A stretch of 64,000 nt of DNA from an uncultured Oscillospiraceae bacterium (GTDB lineage: Bacteria > Bacillota > Clostridia > UMGS1883), in NCBI GenBank assembly GCA_964385605.1, contig CAYLPQ010000004.1, positions 6,763 to 70,762 of the forward strand, in the 5' to 3' direction. This document shows, piece by piece, positions 26,710 through 37,900 of the stretch. Positions within the stretch are counted from its first letter, which is position 1, and the number at the start of each line of letters is the position of its first letter. The translations under genes and the position numbers were made by a program. The notes beneath the pieces are model-generated. The model was given only the letters and a program-made list of their open reading frames with translations, was not told the DNA's origin and ran no database searches.

Positions 26710-28917
26710 TTATTTCATAGTTTTATATTTATTCGGTGTCACTCCTACAGTATCCGTAAACACACGGACAAAGGTACGATAGCTTGTAAAACCTACCATT
26801 TCCGCAATATCTGCAATAAGCTCGTCAGATTCACGGAGAAGCTGCTTTGCCTTTTCTATACGTATGTCCCTTATATAATCATTTATGGTTTTTCCTGTGT
26901 GTTCGCGGAAGCGCCTTGAAATATAATCAGGATTCATTGAGAACGCGTCACCCATATGCCGGAGACTGAGGTTCTGATTTGAATAATTCTGATTTACATA
27001 ACGCATAACACCGCTTATTAAATCATCTTTGTTTGACGGCATTTCAAACACATCTTTGCAACATGCAGTGCATACATAACGTATTACGTTCTGCATTTTT
27101 TCAATATCACGGCTTTCAAATATATTTTCCACAAACAGGTTTTCTTCAGGATATTCTTTCTGTATAGCATGTCCGTATTGCATCATCAGTCTCTTCACCG
27201 TTGCAAAAAGTTCAACCATCAGATACCGCACAGAATCAAGGGACACATCCTTTTTGATATTTTTCTCAAATATCTCATCAAGAAGCAGCTCCACCTTTTT
27301 CTGCTCGTTTGACTTAATAAAATTCACAAGCCTGGACTCAATCTCTACGGAATAGAAATAGCCATCCTTAAGCGATTCTGCAATATTATCATACCGGGTA
27401 AATTCTGTTTTACCGGACGCAATTACATACTCCAGGGCGCGCTTTGCCTCGTTAAAGCTGCTGTATATGCCCTTAACTCCATTATGAACACTGCCCAATG
27501 CGCTGAAAAACTCAAAATCGAACTCTTTCTTTGCAAATGAAGACAGAAAATTTACTACTTCTTCAGCTTTAACACGCAAGTCTTCCCTGAAACACAGTAT
27601 ATAAACTATATCCTCATCTTTTTTTACAGAAGCAAACCCAAATTCTTCATTTGTAAGAAGCTCATCCGTAACGTTGCACAGCACAAACTGTTTCATAGAG
27701 AGTTCTTCAACGTCATTTCCGCCGAGAGAATATATTAAAACCGCAAAATCTCCTTTTTCAATATCAAACTGCAGTTTTTCAAGTTCAGTCCTGCTTCGCT
27801 TCCCCACAGGCGCGTGCCCAAGCAGAAGCTCATTCAACAGATGCTCGCGTATCATTTTATTCTGACTGTCAAGCTCCTTATTAAGCTTCATATTGTGAGA
27901 CAACGACTCTGTTATTTTCTCGTTCAGATAGGAGAATTCGTCATTTTTGTCTTCATCCCCTTTATTTGAAAAAAGAGTCATAAGATTATCTATAGGCTGA
28001 TAGTTACGCCGTGTAAAGTATCTTATCAGCAATATACCTGCAACAAAGCATATCGCATATAAAAGTATCATTACAATAAATATGTTATACACATTGCCGT
28101 ATGCTCTGCTTTTCGGCAGTGTATATGTGTATTTCCATCCCATTACCTCCGATTCTTTTACGAATGAAACAGTCTTATCAGAGGGGGAATTTTTTTCCGA
28201 ATTTGATTTTACAATGACATTTCCGTCGGTATCAGAAAGAGCAAAACTACCGTATTCATAATGATACAGGCTTTGCACTTCTTCAAGAATTTTGTCGGTA
28301 TTTATTTTATAAATAACAGTAACATACGACTGTTCATCATATCCCGGATAAAGTGTTCTGGCGAATAAAAGCTCATTAGTTTCAGAAAAAATATTAGCAT
28401 TGAAAAAAATGCCGTTATACTTCTTGTTCAGAAAATCCATCCATTCGTCTTTTGTGAAATTATCGCTGTCTACTCGTCCCAGATAATAGCTTTCTGACGG
28501 GATTGCTGCACCATTAAACACAACAAAGTCAATCTTTGGAAAATAGAGGAAAAAGGTATCAGAATAATTCTCTACAGTTTCATATCCGCGAACACTTTTA
28601 ATTTTCCCCGTAAATTCACGCAGAACATTAGTTTCCGCCGTAGATATTGGTTCTGTAAATTCACTGATTTCCTCTACATAAGTATTGCTGTTAAGCTGCA
28701 GCGACGAATCAACAATAGCTTCAAGATGTGCATCCACCGTATTACAGACAGAAGTAAGAACAATGTCATTTCTCTCCTCTATTTGCCGCTTGAACCCGCT
28801 ATATACGAAGGTTCCTGCAACTACACTTACCAGAAGCGGCATAAGGAAAACAATGAGATAGCTTATTATCCAGAAGCTCTTTATTCCGTATTTTTTAGTT
28901 TTGTTGGGATTTATCAT
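26710..28917 (-). CDS. membrane-anchored AraC-family transcriptional regulator with extracytoplasmic sensor domain
   Basis: 735 aa. Two hydrophobic helices (about aa 15-40 and 275-298) bracket a domain of roughly 235 aa. C-terminal AraC HTH (IADIAEMVGFTSYRTFVRVFTDTVGVTPNKYK). Confidence 0.8.
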   Translation of the reverse strand: MINPNKTKKYGIKSFWIISYLIVFLMPLLVSVVAGTFVYSGFKRQIEERNDIVLTSVCNTVDAHLEAIVDSSLQLNSNTYVEEISEFTEPISTAETNVLREFTGKIKSVRGYETVENYSDTFFLYFPKIDFVVFNGAAIPSESYYLGRVDSDNFTKDEWMDFLNKKYNGIFFNANIFSETNELLFARTLYPGYDEQSYVTVIYKINTDKILEEVQSLYHYEYGSFALSDTDGNVIVKSNSEKNSPSDKTVSFVKESEVMGWKYTYTLPKSRAYGNVYNIFIVMILLYAICFVAGILLIRYFTRRNYQPIDNLMTLFSNKGDEDKNDEFSYLNEKITESLSHNMKLNKELDSQNKMIREHLLNELLLGHAPVGKRSRTELEKLQFDIEKGDFAVLIYSLGGNDVEELSMKQFVLCNVTDELLTNEEFGFASVKKDEDIVYILCFREDLRVKAEEVVNFLSSFAKKEFDFEFFSALGSVHNGVKGIYSSFNEAKRALEYVIASGKTEFTRYDNIAESLKDGYFYSVEIESRLVNFIKSNEQKKVELLLDEIFEKNIKKDVSLDSVRYLMVELFATVKRLMMQYGHAIQKEYPEENLFVENIFESRDIEKMQNVIRYVCTACCKDVFEMPSNKDDLISGVMRYVNQNYSNQNLSLRHMGDAFSMNPDYISRRFREHTGKTINDYIRDIRIEKAKQLLRESDELIADIAEMVGFTSYRTFVRVFTDTVGVTPNKYKTMK

Positions 28918-28934
28918 AATATCTCCTCAAACAG

Positions 28935-28970
28935 TTAATTTGGCGCAGGGGATTCCCTGCGCCAAATTAA
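28935..28970. terminator. 16-bp perfect stem-loop between the SBP gene stop and the regulator start
   Basis: TTAATTTGGCGCAGGG-GATT-CCCTGCGCCAAATTAA. No clear T-run, so its function (terminator or processing site) is uncertain. Confidence 0.45.
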
Positions 28971-28981
28971 TAGATCAAAAA

Positions 28982-30682
28982 TTATCTTGCGTTATAAGCA
29001 TCAAATGCTGCCTGCTTCATTTCGATCATTTCTCTAAGACCTATCTTCTCAAGTTCTTTTACGAAATCATCATATTCGCTGATAGGTCTTTCACCTGTGA
29101 TGAACTTAATCCACATTTCATCTCTGTGCTTATTTATATCTGTGTAAAGCTGTGAATATCTCTTTGCATCCTCTTCAGCTACACCTGTGCTGGGAACATA
29201 GTGGTCAAATGTATCTGTGTTAACCCATGTTGTCCAAGCCTGCTGCTGCTGGGGAAGAGCTGCATACTGCTCAAGATATCTTACATCCTGCTTGTAGTTA
29301 CCGCCCTGGCCTGCCTGTGAATAGATTGTGAATGCCTGCTGCATTGAAAGGCCCTTGGGGTTAGCAGTAACTTCGGGAAGGTACTGGGGATACTTGCCTG
29401 TTACTATCTTATAAGAACCATCTTCGTTCTTGATGTAGCTACCAAATTCGTCAGTTGCCTTATGTTCTTTTTCAACCCACTCATATGACTGACCCTCGAT
29501 ACCGAAGTTGTAAAGCATATGACCTTCTTCTGTATAACCGAAGTTGAGCCACTTCATAGCAAGTTCAGGATCTTTACACTGTGTTGTGATAGCTGACTTC
29601 ACACCGAAACGTGCACTTGCCTGACCGAACTGGGGAACGTCGCCCTCATTCACTACAGGGTAAGGAGCACCTGCGAATACAGCCTTGGGATCCTTCTCCT
29701 TAATAGCATTTGTGAGAACACCGATACCGCCGCCAAGTGCATTCCATGTAGCACCTGAATCACCATTAAGAAGGTTAGCTGTGATTGTTGTAGAATCTGT
29801 AGTTGAGAAGTTCTTGTCATAAAGACCTTCTGTGTACCACTTGTTCATTGTTGTGAAGAATTCCTTCATTCCTTCTTCAGCAGCTGCGAACTTAACAACA
29901 CCGTCATCATGATACCAGTCACCATTTGTGCCGTAAGCACCTGTTACGAAACCACAGAAGAAGCCCTGGTTAGACATTGTAAGAGGAGCTTTTGCACCCT
30001 TCTTTTCCTTGAATGCCTTAAGCATTACATACCAGTCGTCAATTGTCTCGGGAAGTTCGAGACCGAGTTCATCAAGCCAGTCCTTTCTAACGATGGGACC
30101 TGCTGTTGTGTTAAGCTCTCTGTCAGGAGCTACTATACCTGTTGCAAAGTAGTAACCTGCATCAGTCTTAGCTTCCTTACCAACTTCGGGGTTTTCATCA
30201 AGAAATCTCTTGAAGTCGGGAGCCCATGCATCGATCATGCTGTTGCCTTCTTCGTTAAGAGGAAGGATGATTTCATCATCGATAGCTGTCTGTGCACCGC
30301 CGGGATATGAGTTCCACTGGTAATTAATAATATCTGTGAACTCACCGCTAGCAATCATAAGATTGAACTTTTCACTTGAATTTGTGAGTGAAGGATGTAC
30401 ATACTCAACCTTGATACCGGTAAGCTTCTCAAGCTCGATAGCAACGGGGAGTTCTCCGTAGTTCTGAGCACTCTCAGCAATGTTTGCTGTAATGGGCATC
30501 CAACATGTAAGTGTTACGTCTTTTGCATCAACAGGATATGTATCGCCATACTTTGACACTTTAGTATCAACTGTTGTGCCTTCTTCTGCCTTCTTGTCGC
30601 CACAGCCTGTAAATACACTGAGTGCAAGAATAACAGCAAGAGCAAGAACCAGAATGTTCTTGAGGGATTTGATGTTCTTCAT
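28982..30682 (-). CDS. extracellular solute-binding lipoprotein of a CUT1-type sugar ABC importer (LplA-like)
   Basis: 566 aa. Lipobox LSVFTGC. Size and composition are typical of large family-1 oligosaccharide binders. Confidence 0.8.
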   Translation of the reverse strand: MKNIKSLKNILVLALAVILALSVFTGCGDKKAEEGTTVDTKVSKYGDTYPVDAKDVTLTCWMPITANIAESAQNYGELPVAIELEKLTGIKVEYVHPSLTNSSEKFNLMIASGEFTDIINYQWNSYPGGAQTAIDDEIILPLNEEGNSMIDAWAPDFKRFLDENPEVGKEAKTDAGYYFATGIVAPDRELNTTAGPIVRKDWLDELGLELPETIDDWYVMLKAFKEKKGAKAPLTMSNQGFFCGFVTGAYGTNGDWYHDDGVVKFAAAEEGMKEFFTTMNKWYTEGLYDKNFSTTDSTTITANLLNGDSGATWNALGGGIGVLTNAIKEKDPKAVFAGAPYPVVNEGDVPQFGQASARFGVKSAITTQCKDPELAMKWLNFGYTEEGHMLYNFGIEGQSYEWVEKEHKATDEFGSYIKNEDGSYKIVTGKYPQYLPEVTANPKGLSMQQAFTIYSQAGQGGNYKQDVRYLEQYAALPQQQQAWTTWVNTDTFDHYVPSTGVAEEDAKRYSQLYTDINKHRDEMWIKFITGERPISEYDDFVKELEKIGLREMIEMKQAAFDAYNAR

Positions 30683-30709
30683 TTTCTTTCTTCCTTTCTT
30701 TTTTATATG

Positions 30710-31594
30710 TTATCCTTTAACCGCACCAATCATTACACCCTTTGCAAAGTACTTCTGCAGGAAGGGATATACGCAAAGAATGGGAACGGTGGAAACCACA
30801 ATTATGGCATACTTAAGAACTTCACTTATAGACTGTTCGTCAGAGTCGAGGACTATATCGCCACCCATACCTGACATATCGCCTTTGATAAGCTTTTCTC
30901 TTAAATAAAGCTGAAGGGGGTATTTTGTTCTGTCTTCAATGTAGATAGAAGCACCGAACCATGAGTTCCAGTGACCTACAAGGTAGTAAAGAACTATAAC
31001 TGCCAATGTAGCTTTTGTAAGAGGAAGCATAATCTGCACAAGAATTCTGAAGTGACCTGCACCGTCAATTCTTGCAGCCTCATACAAGCTGTCAGGAACA
31101 GCCGCAAATGCTGTTCTTAAAACGATCATATTATATGTACCGATAGCACCGGGAAGAATCAATGCCCAGAAAGTGTCAAGCAAACCAAGTGTTCTTACAA
31201 CAAGATATGAAGGAACAAGTCCGCCACCGAAGTACATTGTAACCATGATAAGCGACATGATGAGTTTTCTGCCCACTGCTTCCTTTCTTGTAAGGAAGTA
31301 TGCCGCAAAGGTTGTCATAATCATATTGATTATAATTGAAACTACACAGATGTAGATAGTGTTACCGTAACATCTGAAAAGCTCGCCGCCTTCAAAAATC
31401 ATCTCAAAAGCCTTTACATTAGGCTTCAGGGGGAGAAGCAACGGACCTCTGTGTGCAAGCAACGCGTTACCGTCACTGAAAGCTGCCATAAATACGTGAA
31501 TAATAGGGTAAAGAGTAACAAGAACCAAAAGTGTAAGTATTATATAATTACAAACCTGAAAAATCTTTACTCCGAGTGTATCTTTAATTTTCAT
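30710..31594 (-). CDS. sugar ABC transporter permease (LplC-like)
   Basis: 294 aa. Polytopic membrane protein. EAA-type loop YEAARIDGAGHFRILVQIMLP. Confidence 0.85.
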   Translation of the reverse strand: MKIKDTLGVKIFQVCNYIILTLLVLVTLYPIIHVFMAAFSDGNALLAHRGPLLLPLKPNVKAFEMIFEGGELFRCYGNTIYICVVSIIINMIMTTFAAYFLTRKEAVGRKLIMSLIMVTMYFGGGLVPSYLVVRTLGLLDTFWALILPGAIGTYNMIVLRTAFAAVPDSLYEAARIDGAGHFRILVQIMLPLTKATLAVIVLYYLVGHWNSWFGASIYIEDRTKYPLQLYLREKLIKGDMSGMGGDIVLDSDEQSISEVLKYAIIVVSTVPILCVYPFLQKYFAKGVMIGAVKG

Positions 31595-31611
31595 AATTTG
31601 CTCCTCCTTTC

Positions 31612-32565
31612 TTAGAACAATGATGTGCCGTTAAGCTTATCACAAATCTTGTTAGTAGCAACAAGAAGTACGATATTGATTGCCGAGTTAAACAGACCAA
31701 CTGCGGTACTGAGACCGAAGTTTGCATCAATAAGACCTACTCTGTATGTATAGGTAGAGATAACGTCTGCTGTATCGTAGATACCTGGATTGTAAAGAAG
31801 AAGTATCTTCTCGTATCCTACGGAAAGCATTGAGCCCATCTTCATGATAAAGAGAATTATGATAGTGGGAAGAATTCCGGGAATTGTGATATGTATTGTC
31901 TGGGCAAATCTACCTGCACCATCGATTTCTGCTGCTTCGTAAAGTTCCTGGTCAACAGAGCTGAGTGCTGCAAGATAGATAATTGAGTTCCAGCCGATTT
32001 CCTGCCAGATACCTGATACTACATATATAGGTACAAACAGCTTTGAATTTGCAAGCATTGTATCGCCGTTGTAACCAAAGAGCTGACAGAACTCATTAAC
32101 TATACCGGTATCAGCAGTGAACTCTCTTACGATTGAACATACGATAACCAGCGAAATGAAGTGAGGCATATATGTAATAGTCTGAACTGTTCTTGCAAAA
32201 AGCTTATTACGAACCTCGTTAATAAGGAGTGCCAGTATGATAGGCATCGGGAAACTGAATATCAATGTGCTTACACTGATTGTAAGTGTGTTACCCATTA
32301 CCTCAAAGAAGTTAAGTGATGTAAGGAAAGTCTTAAAGTTATCAAAACCAACCCAGTCACTTCCGGACATACCGAATCTGAGATTGTAGTCCTGGAAACC
32401 TATGAGCGCACCGTACATAGGCCAATAGCAGAAAATTGCATAGTAAAGAATTACGGGAACAACCATCAGGTAAAGCTCCCAGTTGTTACCTATAAGACCC
32501 AGCTTCCTCCGGAAGTCGCTTTTCAAAGCAGGGTTCTTTACAGAAACAGCATTATTGTTTTTCAT
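31612..32565 (-). CDS. sugar ABC transporter permease (LplB-like)
   Basis: EAA loop YEAAEIDGAGRFAQTIHITIP. Start trimmed to the ATG at 32565 (MKNNNAVSV), which has an AAGGGGA RBS. Confidence 0.85.
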   Translation of the reverse strand: MKNNNAVSVKNPALKSDFRRKLGLIGNNWELYLMVVPVILYYAIFCYWPMYGALIGFQDYNLRFGMSGSDWVGFDNFKTFLTSLNFFEVMGNTLTISVSTLIFSFPMPIILALLINEVRNKLFARTVQTITYMPHFISLVIVCSIVREFTADTGIVNEFCQLFGYNGDTMLANSKLFVPIYVVSGIWQEIGWNSIIYLAALSSVDQELYEAAEIDGAGRFAQTIHITIPGILPTIIILFIMKMGSMLSVGYEKILLLYNPGIYDTADVISTYTYRVGLIDANFGLSTAVGLFNSAINIVLLVATNKICDKLNGTSLF

Positions 32566-32633
32566 AATACATCCCCTTCTGTTGTAATGTCCTGGCATAA
32601 TCGCGCAGACATTATAATATTCAATATACCTTT

Positions 32634-32662
32634 ATTATAAACGCATTTTTCCATGTTGTCAA
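32634..32662 (-). promoter_or_regulatory. consensus sigma-A promoter of the ABC importer genes
   Basis: Minus strand TTGACA (32662..32657), 17-nt spacer, TATAAT (32639..32634). Both hexamers match consensus perfectly. Confidence 0.65.
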
Positions 32663-32676
32663 TATTTTGTACAGAA

Positions 32677-32706
32677 TTGGCACATCGGGTAAGATTTTGG
32701 CACATC
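32677..32706. repeat. 10-bp exact direct repeat TTGGCACATC x2 at 20-bp spacing (candidate activator/operator site)
   Basis: Copies at 32677..32686 and 32697..32706. The proximal copy starts 14 nt upstream of the -35 hexamer. Confidence 0.7.
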
Positions 32707-32800
32707 AGTCCCGCAAAGGGGCATTATTACGTGGTTTTCACATTTGTGCAATTTTACCACATACGCGTTTTTTGAAAAATTTTTATTACTTTGTGACAAT

Positions 32801-34888
32801 TCATTCTCCGAGCATATTCATCACTGCCACTCCTGCAGTAAGAACAATGCCAACACCGTGGTCATCGTTAACAATAGTACCAAGGTCAATGTAGTACTGT
32901 TCATCCATACTGCAACCGGAGCCCATACACACGCCAAGAACATTACCGTCACTGTCAACGCACTTTTCTGTAAGACCTTCCCATGCTTCAATAATGTCTG
33001 CCTTTATGCTGTCATCAAGCCAGCCATACTTGACACCTCTTGCTAGACCTGTTATGAACATTGCAGTGCCGCTTGTCTCAATATAGCTGTTGTGATTATT
33101 GATTACCTGATGCCAGATTTTTTCTTCCTTATCACGGCAGTTAAGGACACCTTTGGCAAATCCGCGGAATATTTCAAGAATGCGCTGATAGTCCATATGG
33201 GTTTTCGGCATATGCATAAGCACTTCGCTTATCGCAACCATTACCCAGCCATTACCTCTTCCCCACGGAATGCGGTTAGGAACGCCCTCCAGCGGGAAGA
33301 AAATATGAGAATATATATCCTGATCGTGCATATACATACGTTCCCAGAAGCCTATAATCTGCCTTGCCGCTTCGTCAAAATACTTCTGCTCGCCCGTTAT
33401 AACGGCATAACGTGCAAGAAATGGCAGACACATATACATATCGTCTGTCCACATAGTTTTCACACGGTTAAATACACCGTCGGGGAAACGGGGAACTTCA
33501 GTCTCAAGGCCGTGGGCAAGTGCCTCAAGCATACCCTTTGCTTTTACATCGCCTGTCATCATATAATACTCTGAAATAATTATACCGTAGCTGCCGATAG
33601 CATCCAGGTGGTCAAATTTTCCTGCACCGCCCATATATTTTGACCATCCGAGAACACCTCTCTGGTGCTTACCGTAATCGCGATGCATACAGAGTGTTTC
33701 AACAAACGAGATGAAATAATCATAGAATTCTTTTATTCCAAGCTTCGCTGCGGTGTGGCGCATACCCTCGAGTCCTACCATAACCGCATAGAACCACTGA
33801 CCGTAGAACGACGTCGTAAGATACTGATAAAGATATGTATTTTCTCTGTAAAACATCCAGTATGCAGTTTTTCCGCACACCGAAACCATCGGTTCTTTAA
33901 AGTCAAGCTTATATTCCGGAACATAGGGATATTCAATGGGGTCAGTAATTCTTCCGAAAGGTCCCGACCATATCCACTGAAGGTCAGGGGTATCGGCGCC
34001 CGTTACAAAGGCAAGGCGGTTTTCACTGTGAAAAGCCTTAAAGCCCCACTTCCCCTGTTCATTAATGCTCTTTATAAGAAGAGGTGTAAATTCAGAAAAA
34101 TCTGCTTCAAATTTTCCCGCTGTAAATGATTCACAAACAACCTCTTTATCAGAAAAAATTCTTATGGGAGACTGATGTTCAAGCACAAGCTTACCCTTTG
34201 CCTCGGTATAAACGTATGCAGCTCTGCCGTTTCCGCCACAAAGCTGTGTAAAGTCAAATTCTTTGACGTTTGTCTGTTCAGGCTTTACGGGGAATACCCA
34301 GTCGATTGATTCCATAGAAACAGCGGGTGTTTCATCTTTTTTATAAAGGCGGGAATAATACATACACTCCATTCCGTTATATCCGTCACATTCAACGTAA
34401 GAATATGCATTATATCCGTATCCGTCCGCACCCATATGAAGCCCCGTCATAAGGTTACGGATTGCAATCTGAAAACTACCCTCTTCTGCAGGAACTTTGA
34501 CGATAACAAGGTTCTTTCCCTCTTTAAAAGTAACATCTGCCTCGTAGGTTTCAGCGCCACGGATGTCTGTTCTGTGTACATCCTTCTTTTCACCGTTGAA
34601 ATAAACCTCGCAGGACTTATTCTTTATCATATTTATATGCATGTCTTTTTCATAAATTCCATCCACATAATATGCCATGAAAACATAGTCCCCTGCATTT
34701 GCATCGGGATAAATTTTTGAAAAATCTGTTCCTGAATTATATATCATATTCAGATTCTCAAAAATTGTGAAAGGACGGTATACAACATCATCCTTTTTAC
34801 GGGTTTTCAGCATATGGTCATAAATTCTGCGGAGAATTTCCGCATTGGTAGATGCCACGTCTCTGATTGATTTTTCACAATACTTCAT
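32801..34888 (-). CDS. cytoplasmic GH105/GH88-like unsaturated uronyl hydrolase with roughly 330-aa N-terminal extension
   Basis: 695 aa. No signal peptide. The C-terminal alpha/alpha-barrel region has the family hallmark WGRGNGW. The N-terminal third has no recognisable motif. Confidence 0.7.
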   Translation of the reverse strand: MKYCEKSIRDVASTNAEILRRIYDHMLKTRKKDDVVYRPFTIFENLNMIYNSGTDFSKIYPDANAGDYVFMAYYVDGIYEKDMHINMIKNKSCEVYFNGEKKDVHRTDIRGAETYEADVTFKEGKNLVIVKVPAEEGSFQIAIRNLMTGLHMGADGYGYNAYSYVECDGYNGMECMYYSRLYKKDETPAVSMESIDWVFPVKPEQTNVKEFDFTQLCGGNGRAAYVYTEAKGKLVLEHQSPIRIFSDKEVVCESFTAGKFEADFSEFTPLLIKSINEQGKWGFKAFHSENRLAFVTGADTPDLQWIWSGPFGRITDPIEYPYVPEYKLDFKEPMVSVCGKTAYWMFYRENTYLYQYLTTSFYGQWFYAVMVGLEGMRHTAAKLGIKEFYDYFISFVETLCMHRDYGKHQRGVLGWSKYMGGAGKFDHLDAIGSYGIIISEYYMMTGDVKAKGMLEALAHGLETEVPRFPDGVFNRVKTMWTDDMYMCLPFLARYAVITGEQKYFDEAARQIIGFWERMYMHDQDIYSHIFFPLEGVPNRIPWGRGNGWVMVAISEVLMHMPKTHMDYQRILEIFRGFAKGVLNCRDKEEKIWHQVINNHNSYIETSGTAMFITGLARGVKYGWLDDSIKADIIEAWEGLTEKCVDSDGNVLGVCMGSGCSMDEQYYIDLGTIVNDDHGVGIVLTAGVAVMNMLGE

Positions 34889-34903
34889 AGTTTAACCTCC
34901 TGA

Positions 34904-37900
34904 TTATTGTTCTGTAACTGAAATATTTTTAACCGCAAGGGCTGTTTCCTCTCCCTTGATTGTGAAGTCTGTTCCCATCATTTTAAGGTTTTCCGCGTTA
35001 ATTCCGCTTAAAGTTACTGTTGCAGTCTTGACATTCCCTGTATCTGTACGAGCGATTTTTTCAGAATAATTTACTATTTTGTTTTTGCCATTCACGGTTT
35101 CCCACTTAACGTAGTCGATAACTATAACGTCCGTTCCGTTGTCAACATAGTCAAAGGTAATACTAACATCCACTGTTTCTTTTTCAAAAGCAGTGATGTT
35201 TACATTCATATGGTTACCACTTGCAATATTGAAGAATTCATTGCCGTTTATAGTTTCCCTTACAAGGTAGAAATCCGTATCACCGTAGCTTGTGGTAGAA
35301 CAGGATTCAGAAAGGGAGATTTCTTCACCATCGGCAACATTATTTATTATGTCAGAAATATCCATCCATCCCACGCGGATTGTAGAAAGGTCTTCCGAAT
35401 AAAGACCAAAGATGACCTTTTTACCGTCACGGCTGAACGAAGGGTGGGTATGCCCGGGGTCCTTACCGTTTTGGGGAAGGGTTGCAAGAAGATAAGACTT
35501 GCCTGTGTAGCAATCTATAAGAACAAGCTTGGTCACAGAGCCATCATAGCCTGTATCGGAAACTACAAAACGGTCTGTCACCGTGCTTCCTGACGGATGA
35601 AGATAGTTGTAGTCACCATTTACATAACGGCGATCAGAGCCGTCCTTTTTAAACAAAGTAATACCGCCCGGTGTAGTCTCCGAGCCATTGGCAAACATCA
35701 TAAGTTCACCTGACTGCATCCATGCCTCGTGGCTTACAATTTCTGCAGGGACACGGTCATAGAGCATCTTCTGTTTAAACAGATTCACATATTCTCCTGT
35801 GTCACGATTAAGAAGCCAGATTCTCTCGGGATTCCCCTCACCGTTGTCCCCCGTTCCCTCGTGGGCAAATGCCACGAGATTTGAATATTCGGGATTGGGG
35901 TTAAGGTTCATATGGTCGGGTGCATACACCTTTGTATCAAAGCCGTATACATAGCGAAGATCCCACTCCCCAGTTTCAATATCCATTACCGGAATACGTT
36001 TCTGTTTTGTCACATCGAATTCTTCGCTGCTATTTTCGGTTATTTCAAGACTCAAGTAGCTTTCGTCGTCGTTCACCTGTAAAAGTCCTGCCGCACCGAT
36101 ATTCATATCCCCGGGTAAGTTCCCCACAATTTCTTTTTCCTTTGTTTCAGAATCCATTCTGATTATTTCACCGGTTTTTTTGATGTAGAATACATTACCA
36201 AGCCTTGACACCATTACAAGATTCTGTCCGTAGAGGGTGTCGATATATTTATATCCGGCCGTATCAATATCATATTCGTAAAGCCTGTACTGGTTGTCAT
36301 AGAAGTAGAATTTATCGGCATTTTTCGCCCAGGTTGTCATTGTATAGTAGCTGCGGAGAGCATTCTCGCCATTCAGGTCAATCGTGTAATAAGTCCTTCC
36401 GGTACCTTCGTCGGTAAATTCATTGGGAACTATCGTTCCATTCAGCTTATGGGGGAAGTTATAATCCACTCGCACAGGAGAAAGTTTCCCCGTCGAATCC
36501 AAAAAAAACACTTTCATTTTCGCATTTTCGATTGCATCAGGAATTTCCAGTGACGGAAAGGTTACATTAATAATTCCGTCCTGTGCCTGTCCGCTTGTCA
36601 TTGCTACATCATACAGCTTTTCACCATCATATATGCCTGCAATTACAGAAGCGCCATCGAGAGTCATATTTTCCCGAAAGTCATACAACTGAACCTCTGC
36701 GCTTACTACATCTTCTGTTTCAATATATCCAAGGTCAATAACCTTTTCACTGTTTTTATAAAGGGCAACATCCGCCGTCATACCCCGGGTGCTGTATGTA
36801 GCAAAGTCATCTATGTACACTTCACCAAAGGGCATTGTCCTGAAAGGATGTACCGAAAAATACTTTATTTCTGTAGCTTTTGCCGAAATATCAACATCCT
36901 TATCCTTCATAAAATTCACCGGAGTCGGTGTAAGAAGATTGCCGTTTACGTAGATATTCATTGTTTTATGGAACATATCAATTTCCATTTTAAAATCAAA
37001 CCATTCTCCGGGAGATGCAAAATTTGATATAAGTGCTTTTGACTCATTAGAGCCTTTAACATCATTATAGCAGCTAATTCTCATACTGGTAGAGGTTTTT
37101 GACGCATAGATATGCATCTGCGCAAAAGTAACCTGAAGGCTGTTTCCTTCATATTTTCCGTACACGTTGATATTATAAATCTGTTGCGTATCTATGGTCT
37201 CGCCAATCTTCATTCTTGTTTCTACAGTGATGTCGCGTTTTGAAGCATCGGAGAAATTATAGCGAAAATCGGCACTATCTGTTCCGTTGGTTGTATCAGA
37301 TACCGTACGAAAGGTCTTTATCGCATAATTTCCTGTTTCAGCAACATATTCGGAGTCAAGGTATCCCGTATGTTCAGAGGCAGAGTTCAGGCACCATCCG
37401 CCCGACGAAGAAACTACTTTTTCCCCCACAAGTTCCGGATAATAGAACGACTCCGATATATACACCTTGCAATCTGTACCCTTCACGGTGAACTTAAAGG
37501 TTTTCTGTTGTGAAAAATCGGTATTATCCTTTGATATAGTGGCATAAAGAATCGCCTGGGCATCCTTCTCCTCGCGGATAATTTCGCCCACATCACCGCT
37601 GATTATAAGGTTATCACTGCCACTTTCAAAAGTTATATTCACATCCTCATATCCGTCAATCACTGCTCTTGAAAAATCAAGGCTCTGTGTTACGGCAAAC
37701 TCTGATTCTGATGAAAAATTCTCATGAGCAAGAAGTGTGTACACGTCAACAATTTCCTTTTCGTCAACGTCATCATACTCTGTCACAACTGACATATCAT
37801 CAATAAGAAGCACCATATCAACAATATTTTCGCCTATATTAAAATCAACTCTTTGAAGAGGCCCAATCATTTTAGGGGTATCAAGACCGCCTGATACTGA

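Noticed and set aside
36501-36508. I considered the A8/T8 homopolymer inside the 1278-aa gene as a slipped-strand phase-variation tract.
   Set aside because: Eight residues is short. It encodes an ordinary VFFLD segment. Nothing in the single sequence indicates length heterogeneity, so the idea is unsupported.
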